From positions 1,888,001 to 1,952,000 of the forward strand of contig CBDCDA010000001.1 in the NCBI GenBank assembly GCA_965215335.1: a stretch of 64,000 nt of DNA, read 5' to 3'. Each line of letters opens with the position of its first letter. Positions within the stretch are counted from its first letter, which is position 1. This document shows, piece after piece, positions 56,238 through 64,000 of the stretch. Below the pieces are notes generated by a model. That model was not told the origin of the DNA. It searched no databases and saw only the letters and a program-made list of their open reading frames with translations. This DNA comes from an uncultured Candidatus Entotheonella sp. Lineage in GTDB: Bacteria; Tectomicrobia; Entotheonellia; Entotheonellales; Entotheonellaceae. The translations under genes and the position numbers were made by a program.

Positions 56238-57473
56238 TCATTCCGGGACGTGTTGCTGCGGTCGGGCGAGCCAGAAGACGCCCGACAGCACCAGCAGGCT
56301 GCCGCTTATGACCGCCAGGACGCGAGGCGTCAGGGCGGCGTAATCCAGTCCCCAGGCGGTCGCCAGGGTGGCGAACGTCATGATGACGGTGAAGAGCATG
56401 AAATCGGCCGCGAATACCCGCCCGCGGTAGGCATCCGGGACGCTGATCTGCAGCAGCGTCGAGCTGAATACCCATAGCACGTTGGACGCCATCGTGGCCA
56501 TGAAAAGCGTCAGAGCGGCCCAAGCCAGGGTCGGGGTGGCGCCGAACAGCACGTAAGACCCGCCGGTCAGCACGAAAGCCATGCCGATTGTCCCCACCAT
56601 CGTCTGCGGCTCCTCGCCGACCAGCCGCCGGGCCAGCAGCGGTCCGAGCAGCGCGCCGAGGCCGCGGGCCATGAACAACGTTCCCATGCCGATGGCGCCC
56701 GCCTCGAAAATGTTCTCGGCAAACAGTGCGATGAGGATCATCATGCCGCCGGTCAGCCCGACGCTGCACCCCTTCACGGAAAGCAGCCGCAGGACGTAGG
56801 GTCGCGCCGCCATGTAGCGCAAGCCGCGGAGAAACGCCTGCCAGCCGGTGGGGCTCCCTTCTGAAGAGGCGGGGGCGGACGGAATGGCCACCCGCATGAT
56901 GCAGCCGGCCGACACCACGTAGCTGGCAGCGTCGAGCAGAAACGCCTCGGTGGTGCCCAGCCAGGCGGTCACGAAGCCGCCGAGCGCCGTGCCGATGGCC
57001 AGCATGGCGGCCCAGCTGGCGCTGCCCAGGGCGTTGGCCGCCACGAGCTCCCGGCGCGTCGTGATGTTGGGAATGGTGGCCGCGTAGGCAGGGTGGAAGA
57101 AGGCCGACACCGACATCAGGACCGCGGTCAGCACGTACGCCAGCCACAACCGTTCCGCCGAGGTAATAAGCAGGAAACCGAGCGCCAGCAGCGCTCGCAC
57201 CAGATCGGCCCCGACCATGATCCACTTGCGGCTGAAGCGGTCGACGATCACGCCGGCCACGGGGCTGAGCGCGAACAGCGGCACCGTCTGCGCGATCATG
57301 ACACCGCCCAGCGCCAGGCCGGAGGTGCCGGTGAGTTTCAGCACCAGGTGATACAGCGCCATGGTGCGGAACCAGTCGCCGATCATGCTGGCGGCCAGCC
57401 CCAGCCACAGGCGCCGGTAGCGGGGGTTGTCGCGCAGCAGCGCCCAGTAACCGATGGTGTCTGATGTGTCCAA
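56238..57473 (-). CDS. MFS transporter
   Basis: GVIVDRFSRK motif A, about 12 TM segments, PDAYRGRVFA; start placed at TTG 57473. Confidence 0.9.
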   Translation of the reverse strand: MDTSDTIGYWALLRDNPRYRRLWLGLAASMIGDWFRTMALYHLVLKLTGTSGLALGGVMIAQTVPLFALSPVAGVIVDRFSRKWIMVGADLVRALLALGFLLITSAERLWLAYVLTAVLMSVSAFFHPAYAATIPNITTRRELVAANALGSASWAAMLAIGTALGGFVTAWLGTTEAFLLDAASYVVSAGCIMRVAIPSAPASSEGSPTGWQAFLRGLRYMAARPYVLRLLSVKGCSVGLTGGMMILIALFAENIFEAGAIGMGTLFMARGLGALLGPLLARRLVGEEPQTMVGTIGMAFVLTGGSYVLFGATPTLAWAALTLFMATMASNVLWVFSSTLLQISVPDAYRGRVFAADFMLFTVIMTFATLATAWGLDYAALTPRVLAVISGSLLVLSGVFWLARPQQHVPE

Positions 57474-57658
57474 GGGACTCCCTCTGGCAAGCCTGGGCCG
57501 TATGCCGTGTGCGAGCGCCGCGGCGGGTTCGGAGGGCCTGTTTGCCCCGGTGCACCAGCTTGATTTACGATACGCCCGGATACGGAAACACGCACGCTGC
57601 GCGTGAGCCGGAAACGGTTCAAACCCTTCTTCCCAATTCCTTTGTGCCGAGGCCATAC

Positions 57659-58639
57659 ATGAAAAAACTGGCTTATGCTGATGACGCACGGCCGGTGTGC
57701 AGGAGCCATGACGGCAGCGAAGAGCCGCGCCACGCGTTGCCGCCGGCCGTCAGGGAATCAAGCCGCCTTTACAGGGCACGTCTACCCATTCGACATACCC
57801 GCACCTGCGCCTGCAAGGCCAACCACCTTAACTGCCTGACAGCAAAGGAATGGTTGAAGAATCAACTCGGCGTCTGGCAATTCAGTTACGAGAGCAGAGA
57901 CATCCGCGACAAGAACCTGCACCCGGCGACATTTCCAATTTCGCTGGCCAGAAAGGTCATCGAACTGTTCACGCATGAAGGCGAACTGGTTCTGGACCCC
58001 TTTGTTGGCAGCGGCACGACCTTGATTGCTGCTCAGGACGCCAATAGAAACGCGGTGGGATTCGACCTCCAAGAGGCCTACATCAACCTGTGCGAGCGAC
58101 GATTGATCCAGAGAAAATTGTTCGGCGCGAGCAATCAAGTAGCCGTGCGAGACGATGCCCGCCATATCTCGCAATACCTCGACCCTGAGTCCGTCAGCCT
58201 GCTCTGGACCTCGCCCCCCTACGCGAATCTCCTTAACAGGAAACGCCGCAACAAATCACGACGAGACCGCAAGAACGAACAGCTAGGCAAGATCGAGCAG
58301 TACTCGCAGGACCCTCGCGACGTCGGCACGATGCCCCTCGCTGAATACACCCAGACAATGGGAGACATATTTGAACAATTGCTGCCGTTACTACGCCCGA
58401 AAGCGCATTGCGTGATCAACGTACCGGATATGTGGTGGGAAAATGAGAGAGTGACCATTCACTTGGCGATCGTGAGTGAGCTGCGAAAGAGAGGGTACGA
58501 GTTTCGGAACACAATCATCTGGGACCGCACCAACATCGTGAACCGTATTGGCATCTTCGGATGGCCCAGTAATTACATAACGATGGGAACCACTTTCGAA
58601 TATCTGCTTGATTTCTGGAGGCCACCGAATAATGGTTGA
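57659..58639 (+). CDS. DNA amino-methyltransferase (probably m4C)
   Basis: HPATFP, DPFVGSGTT (motif I), TSPPY (motif IV); start uncertain. Confidence 0.9.
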   Translation: MKKLAYADDARPVCRSHDGSEEPRHALPPAVRESSRLYRARLPIRHTRTCACKANHLNCLTAKEWLKNQLGVWQFSYESRDIRDKNLHPATFPISLARKVIELFTHEGELVLDPFVGSGTTLIAAQDANRNAVGFDLQEAYINLCERRLIQRKLFGASNQVAVRDDARHISQYLDPESVSLLWTSPPYANLLNRKRRNKSRRDRKNEQLGKIEQYSQDPRDVGTMPLAEYTQTMGDIFEQLLPLLRPKAHCVINVPDMWWENERVTIHLAIVSELRKRGYEFRNTIIWDRTNIVNRIGIFGWPSNYITMGTTFEYLLDFWRPPNNG

Positions 58640-59429
58640 CCATCGACAGCGAATCCGGGATTTAATGCGTCGCGTGCGCCAGCATCAACCGTTGCCAACA
58701 TCGGAACAGGTCGTCACGGAAACGTTTGAACGTCTGAATCATGTTGATCACGCGATTTCCCCGGAACACGTATTGACACACTTTGATGAACTCCTCAGAA
58801 ATTTGTGGGAGCAAACGCTTGTGACCCTCGAAACATACGAGGAGCGGAGTTATGCAGAAGGCATCCCTCGTGAATTTGTCAGAGAGTTCCCCGCGGAATT
58901 CGACAGGGCTGACCAGATTGCAACTCGTCACGGGTTCCGAGAAGGAGTGAAGGCGTTGTTTGGCGACTTGTATCCTCTCCTCAGACGGGCCTTTCTTAGC
59001 GTCCAACAGGGAAGAATGGCACGGGGAGGTAAGGATTTTGAACTACAGATCGAAGGGCTTCTGGCCTTGGCTGGAATCCCGTTCCACAAACAGGAAGCAG
59101 TAAACCACACCGACCTCATATTGCCTGATCTGCAAACGCACCATACCAACCGAACCATCTCCGCCATTATCTCCGTCAAGAGAACTCTTCGTGAACGATG
59201 GGCTGAAGTAGCGGAAGAACTCTACAACTTGAGGTCGCCTAACGTGTTCTTGTTCACGGCGGACGAAAACGTGACGGATTCTCACGCTGAACGACTTGCG
59301 CAATACAATATCCATTTGGTCGTATGGGACAAAGTGAAGGCCTCGAAGTTTCCACACAGACCACTGGTTCTCGGTTACACGGAGTGGGCGACTCAACGCC
59401 TGAGGATGCTCAGGCGAAATTGGTCATGA
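58632..59429 (+). CDS. type II restriction endonuclease (EcoRII C-terminal-like PD-(D/E)XK)
   Basis: RMARGGKDFE, TDLILP, SVKRTLRERWAEV; overlaps the MTase stop. Confidence 0.85.
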   Translation: MVDHRQRIRDLMRRVRQHQPLPTSEQVVTETFERLNHVDHAISPEHVLTHFDELLRNLWEQTLVTLETYEERSYAEGIPREFVREFPAEFDRADQIATRHGFREGVKALFGDLYPLLRRAFLSVQQGRMARGGKDFELQIEGLLALAGIPFHKQEAVNHTDLILPDLQTHHTNRTISAIISVKRTLRERWAEVAEELYNLRSPNVFLFTADENVTDSHAERLAQYNIHLVVWDKVKASKFPHRPLVLGYTEWATQRLRMLRRNWS

Positions 59430-59540
59430 TTTCGCCCAGGCACCCGTAACAGAAGGTTCAGAGTTCCAACGGAAACGTGACCCTTCCCTAGAGCACTTTC
59501 GGCTCCAGAATGGCTTGCTCGTTCGTCACCCTCTCCATCA

Positions 59541-59559
59541 CTCCCCCCTTGAGGGGGAG
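59541..59559. repeat. REP-like palindrome
   Basis: CTCCCCC-cttga-GGGGGAG between convergent genes. Confidence 0.45.
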
Positions 59560-59624
59560 CCGGCGAAACAAGGGCGCAGCTCGTCTAAATCCCTCCAACC
59601 CCAAAAACACGAAAACCCCTGCGC

Positions 59625-60899
59625 CTAAACCAGCTGCGGGTGCATCCAGGCGGCCACGGCCAGCAGACGATCGTCGCCGCCGAGTGGTCCGACGGCCTGC
59701 ACGCCGACGGGCAGCCCCTGCGGCCCGCTGAGGCCGGGCAGGTTGAGGACCGGGGTGTGCAGCAGCGTCCACATGCGGTTGAACAGCGGATTGCCGGTCG
59801 TCCCCAGGCCGGCGGGCGCTTCGCCGGGCGCGCTGGGTACCAGCAGGACGTCGTGCGCGGCGAAAACGGTGGGCAGCGCGTCGCGGCAGGTCTCGGCCAG
59901 GCGCAGAGCCGCCTTGTATTCGGCGTACGAAAGGCTTTCCCCCGGCTCCAGCAGTTGCCGCGTGCTCGGACTCAGCTGGTTGCGGCAGCGCGTCAGTTCG
60001 AAGGCGCAGCAACGCACGCCTTCGAATATCTGCACCGTCGTCTGCGCCTCCACCAGGCCGTCGAACTCGGCGGGTAGCGTCGCCTCTTCCACCTGCGCCC
60101 CGGCGCCGGCGAAGCGCCGGGCTGCCGTTTCCACCGCCTCGTGCGCGGCGGGCGTTGCCTGCGGCCATTGCGGCGTGCGGCACAGGCCGATACGCGGCGG
60201 CACCGTCAGCGCCGTCAACTGCGGCGGACTGCCCATCAGCGCCGACCGCAGCAGCGCCAAATCCCGCACACAGCGGGCGAAGCCGCCAAGCGTATCCAGC
60301 GTCTGCGACAGCAGTTTGACGCCGGCCAGGGAGAAATCGCCGTGCGTCGGCTTGTAACCGACCACGCCGCAAAACGACGCCGGGCGCACGATGGAGCCGG
60401 CCGTCTGGCTGCCCAGCGCCAGCGGCACCATCTCCGCCGCCACCGCTGCCGCCGAGCCGCTCGACGAGCCGCCCGGCGTGTGCGCCGGGTTATGTGGATT
60501 GGCCGTCTTGCCGGGCTCGTACATGGCGAATTCGGTACTCACGGTTTTGCCCAGAAGCACCGCCCCCGCCTGCCGCAGCAGCGCCACGCAGGCCGCGTCC
60601 CAGGCCGTTTGGTGATCGGCGTAAATCGGTGACCCGTAGGTTGTCGGCATGTCTGCGGTGTCGATGATGTCCTTGATGCCCACCGGCACACCGTGCAGCG
60701 GCCCGTTCTTGGGCGCGCGGTCGCGATCTCGGGCTTGCGCCAACGCCTGCTCCGGGTCGAGATGGGTCCAGGCTGCAATCGCGGGGTCGCGCTCCTCGAT
60801 GCGTTCCAGGCAGGCGCGCACCAGCGCCTCGCTCGTCAGGGTGCCGGACGCGATGGCCTCGGCGGCTTCCCAGGCGTTCAGGGTATGACTTGACGGCAT
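59625..60899 (-). CDS. amidase-signature family protein
   Basis: GIKD, GGSSSGS, GSQTAGSIVRPAS. Confidence 0.93.
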   Translation of the reverse strand: MPSSHTLNAWEAAEAIASGTLTSEALVRACLERIEERDPAIAAWTHLDPEQALAQARDRDRAPKNGPLHGVPVGIKDIIDTADMPTTYGSPIYADHQTAWDAACVALLRQAGAVLLGKTVSTEFAMYEPGKTANPHNPAHTPGGSSSGSAAAVAAEMVPLALGSQTAGSIVRPASFCGVVGYKPTHGDFSLAGVKLLSQTLDTLGGFARCVRDLALLRSALMGSPPQLTALTVPPRIGLCRTPQWPQATPAAHEAVETAARRFAGAGAQVEEATLPAEFDGLVEAQTTVQIFEGVRCCAFELTRCRNQLSPSTRQLLEPGESLSYAEYKAALRLAETCRDALPTVFAAHDVLLVPSAPGEAPAGLGTTGNPLFNRMWTLLHTPVLNLPGLSGPQGLPVGVQAVGPLGGDDRLLAVAAWMHPQLV

Positions 60900-61277
60900 G
60901 GCGAATCCTCACGCTTGAGAGTATCTGCAGGCAATGATGCGCCACCATAGCGCATTCCCAAGGCACGGGTCCAGGACGTGGCGTCGGTTCGGTGCCAGTC
61001 GTGCGCCTCGGGCTGCGCACATGGGTGCCGATCGCCTTCAGGTCGGAAACGATAAGGTATATAATTCCTCGAATCATCAGGCTTCCAAGGCGGTGAAACC
61101 GGGAATAAACATGGACGGGTCATCGTTTCCCGCTAACACTTGCGGCGCCTCTGGCGTGTGTCGGTGAGACCCGCCGATTGTGCAGACCCAGGGAGGGTCG
61201 GGGGGAGATCTGGGCGCTCTCGTGTGCGGATCATTACGTGGGAAGACTATTGAAGGCTATCAGGGAGGAGTTGTGCC

Positions 61278-62048
61278 ATGCGTTCCGTATTCTTCGGAAA
61301 GTCGCTGAGGTTTCCGGCGTTGATGGGAGTCGTGCTCCTTGTGCTGTCGTTCGCAACCGTTTCGTGGTCGGACACGGAGCAAAACATGGATGCCAGCCCG
61401 GGAACGGTCATCGCCATGAGAGCGTCGGGGGCGGCAAACCCTTGTAATCCCTGCAATCCTTGTGCTGCAGCGGCAAACCCGTGCAATCCTTGCAATCCCT
61501 GCAACCCGTGCGCGGCGGCAAATCCGTGCAACCCTTGCAATCCCTGCAATCCCTGCGGGGGCGGTGGAAAAATTGACCCCAAGAAGGTTATGCGGCCGGC
61601 AGGAACCAGCCTGCATGCCGGGTTGAGCCACGGGGACTCGCTGAAGATGGGCGAGGCGTTGTGGAACGACCGCGGCCTGAGCACCAACGGGCTGGCGTGC
61701 GGCGTGTGTCACCTGAACAACGGCAACTTCAACGACACCTTTGCCCAGCCCTATCCGCACCGGGTGGCGATGCCGTACCGCATGTCCGGAGTGGACAAGG
61801 TGACGTTGGACGAGATGGTGCAGTTCTGCATGCTGCAGCCCATGGCCGCCGAGGTACTGCCCTGGGATTCGCCCGAACTGGCGGCGCTCACTGCTTATGG
61901 CGCCGCGTTGCAAAAGGCCTTCGTCCAAATGGCGGCGACCAATCCGTGCAACCCATGCAATCCCTGTGCGGCCGCAAACCCATGTAACCCCTGCGCCGCG
62001 GCGAATCCCTGCAACCCGTGCAACCCCTGCGCGGCAGGCGGCAACTAA
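61278..62048 (+). CDS. secreted monoheme c-type cytochrome (SoxA/TsdA-like domain) flanked by Asn-Pro-Cys repeats
   Basis: Signal peptide; CGVCH heme motif; [14 protein letters not shown]; 11 + 8 NPC units. Confidence 0.85.
   Translation: MRSVFFGKSLRFPALMGVVLLVLSFATVSWSDTEQNMDASPGTVIAMRASGAANPCNPCNPCAAAANPCNPCNPCNPCAAANPCNPCNPCNPCGGGGKIDPKKVMRPAGTSLHAGLSHGDSLKMGEALWNDRGLSTNGLACGVCHLNNGNFNDTFAQPYPHRVAMPYRMSGVDKVTLDEMVQFCMLQPMAAEVLPWDSPELAALTAYGAALQKAFVQMAATNPCNPCNPCAAANPCNPCAAANPCNPCNPCAAGGN
61437..61556 (+). repeat. coding 9-bp (NPC) tandem repeat, 11 units in 3 blocks
   Basis: AAY-CCN-TGY units with synonymous variation, separated by Ala codons. Confidence 0.95.
61941..62030 (+). repeat. 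coding 9-bp (NPC) tandem repeat, 8 units in 3 blocks
   Basis: Same unit as the N-terminal array. Confidence 0.95.
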
Positions 62049-62135
62049 CCGATCCTGCATCCTGTTCGGCGTCCTGGCGGCGAGGGGTTTCACGACCCTA
62101 TCCCGTCCAGGGTGCCGGCAAACGGAAAACAGAAC

Positions 62136-63110
62136 ATGCAACCCAATTTGGCCAGCCCTCTTGCATGCATGGAACCAACCCATCGGCCTCACGCCGGTAT
62201 CGCCTCGAAGCCGCTAACGACCATCCTGGCGGCGCTGCTATTGTTCGCTTTTCCCGCAGCGGCCAGTGCCGCGTTTGCCTCCCAGCCCCCGGAGGAAACG
62301 CTCGAAGCCTACCTCCGCGCCATATACGCCCGCGACTTTGCCACCGCCTACGAATTGATCGTACAGGCCGACCGCGAGTTGAAAACCAAGCGCGACTACA
62401 TGAAGGAAAACGGCGCCTTCTCGGGCGCCGCGCTTCATCTCACCACCCTGCTGGCGGAGTTCATCCGCTTCGAGTACAGCGGCATCAACATCAAGGGTCA
62501 GGACGACGCCACCGTCACCTTCAGGGCCACCGTGCCGGATGCCAATGACCCGGCACTGCGCACCCTTCTTCTCGGTTTTGATCAACAGGGCCTCAAGGCG
62601 CTTCCCGCCGGCGAACGCGCCGCCCGAGGCAGGCAGCTGCGGCAACTCGCCACCGCCAACGAATTACCCCTGATTGCCGGCGACGAGGAGACCTGGACCC
62701 TGGTCCGCGAACACGGCAAATGGCGCGTCGTGCTGGGCTGGACCGCGGCCCTCGAGATTCGTTTCGACGCGCAGACGATGGCCGGTTTGCCGTGGTCGTT
62801 CGCACCGCTGCAACCGACCCTGCGCGCCATGCCCGGCGAAACCCTGCAGGCATATTACCGCGTCAAAAACCTTGCCGGCACCCCCGTCACAGGCAAGGCT
62901 CGACACGTCTTCGTGACCCCCGAGCACGCCGACTACCTCGACATCGTCTACTGCTTCTGCTACCTGCAACAAACCCTGGCGCCGCGTGAGGAGAAACAGT
63001 TCGCCGTCGTCTTTCGGCCCAGCTACGAAACCCCGGACACCATCACCGAGCTGCGCGTGCGCTATGAGTTCTTCCCGCTTGATGCGTTTCCCGTTGAACC
63101 CGGCAAGTGA
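62136..63110 (+). CDS. CtaG/Cox11-domain copper chaperone with an extra N-terminal domain
   Basis: C-terminal IRFDA...LPWSFAPLQ...PGETLQAYYRVKN...CFCYLQQTL; start uncertain. Confidence 0.8.
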   Translation: MQPNLASPLACMEPTHRPHAGIASKPLTTILAALLLFAFPAAASAAFASQPPEETLEAYLRAIYARDFATAYELIVQADRELKTKRDYMKENGAFSGAALHLTTLLAEFIRFEYSGINIKGQDDATVTFRATVPDANDPALRTLLLGFDQQGLKALPAGERAARGRQLRQLATANELPLIAGDEETWTLVREHGKWRVVLGWTAALEIRFDAQTMAGLPWSFAPLQPTLRAMPGETLQAYYRVKNLAGTPVTGKARHVFVTPEHADYLDIVYCFCYLQQTLAPREEKQFAVVFRPSYETPDTITELRVRYEFFPLDAFPVEPGK

Positions 63111-63146
63111 GCAACCGCCGCCGCCCTGTCGTCTGAGGAGACTCCC

Positions 63147-63527
63147 ATGCTGAAACCGCCCTTGTGCCTCTCCGCCCTGGCCCTCGCCTGCCTGCTGCTG
63201 TGGCCGCTCGCCGGCCGGGCTCAGGACGTCAAGGCCGGTCAGGAAGTCTATGTGCAATACTGCGCCCTGTGCCACGGCTCGGAAGGCAAGGGCGATGGCT
63301 CCCTGTCGGCCAACCTGGACCCCAAGCCGCGCAACCACACCGACGGCGCCTATATGAACGCCCTGAGCGACGCCCACCTGATGAAGATCATCGGCGGCGG
63401 TGGTGCGGCGTCGGGGCTGTCGCCCATCATGCCGGCCTGGAAGGACATCCTGTCGGCGCAGCAGATTCAGGACGTGGTCGTCTTTGTGCGCACGCTGGCC
63501 GTGCCGCCCTATACGCCCGCCGACTGA
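63147..63527 (+). CDS. class I cytochrome c
   Basis: Signal peptide, CALCHG, distal MPAW. Confidence 0.92.
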   Translation: MLKPPLCLSALALACLLLWPLAGRAQDVKAGQEVYVQYCALCHGSEGKGDGSLSANLDPKPRNHTDGAYMNALSDAHLMKIIGGGGAASGLSPIMPAWKDILSAQQIQDVVVFVRTLAVPPYTPAD

Positions 63528-63548
63528 CGAATAGAAGAAAGGTCGGAG

Positions 63549-64000
63549 ATGTTCGAGCCTCTCCTGCCCTTGCGGTTCCTGCGCCGCGCGGCGCGGCTCT
63601 TTCCCGGCAAGACGGCGGTCATCGACGGCGAGCATCGCTACGCGTATTGCCAGCTGGAAGAGCGGGTGCATCGGCTGTCAAACGCCCTGCGCCAGCGCGG
63701 CATCGGCAAGGGTGACAAGGTTGCCGTTCTGTCGCCAAACAGCCACCGCATGTTAGAAGCCTTCTTCGCCGTGCCGCAGATCGGCGCTGTCCTGACGCCC
63801 CTCAACTACCGCCTCACCACGCCGGACTTCGCATACATTCTGGACCACGCCGAAACGAAAGCCCTGCTGATCGACTGGGAGTTCGCCCACCAGATCGCTC
63901 CGCTGGTCGAGCGTCTGACAAGCCTGCAGCACTACCTCCTGCTGCGCGACGACGAGACGCCAAGCGCCGCCCTGCCTGCCGTGGATTACGAGGACGCCCT
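63549..64000 (+). CDS. acyl-CoA synthetase / AMP-binding enzyme (5' part; runs off the window)
   Basis: MFEPLLPLRFLRRAARLFPGKTAVIDGE...GDKVAVLSPN...PLNYRL; not in the ORF track because it has no stop. Confidence 0.88.
   Translation, partial: MFEPLLPLRFLRRAARLFPGKTAVIDGEHRYAYCQLEERVHRLSNALRQRGIGKGDKVAVLSPNSHRMLEAFFAVPQIGAVLTPLNYRLTTPDFAYILDHAETKALLIDWEFAHQIAPLVERLTSLQHYLLLRDDETPSAALPAVDYEDA

Noticed and set aside
61437..62030. Short tandem repeats resembling a CRISPR array or VNTR
   Set aside because: They are in-frame 9-bp coding units without unique spacers, and there are no cas genes.

Overview
This is a 64-kb window of a GC-rich bacterial chromosome with one complete 16S-23S-5S rRNA operon that has no tRNAs in the spacer. 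From recall, the 16S and the gene content (F420/LLM enzymes, many ABC binding proteins, tandem paralogs, decayed gene remnants) suggest Ca. Tectomicrobia (Entotheonella-related); this was not checked by a search. Most genes are ordinary: S9 peptidase, hemD, bacterioferritin, ABC components, trpBA, ilvB, panB, amidases and aldolases. Five accessory loci stand out. (1) An AT-richer three-gene cassette next to an IS481 remnant, ending in an ADP-ribosyltransferase-like ORF, is a candidate tripartite toxin/defence system. (2) A TonB-dependent receptor-exbB-exbD-tonB operon ends in a secreted protein with 12 DxDxDG-type loops. (3) A heme-oxygenase-like diiron enzyme is translationally coupled to a ferrochelatase that has an unusual N-terminal 4-Cys insert. 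(4) A type II R-M pair has a circularly permuted methyltransferase. (5) A SoxA/TsdA-like monoheme cytochrome flanked by 19 Asn-Pro-Cys repeats lies next to an atypical Cox11/CtaG copper chaperone and a cytochrome c. All family assignments come from recognising motifs by eye.
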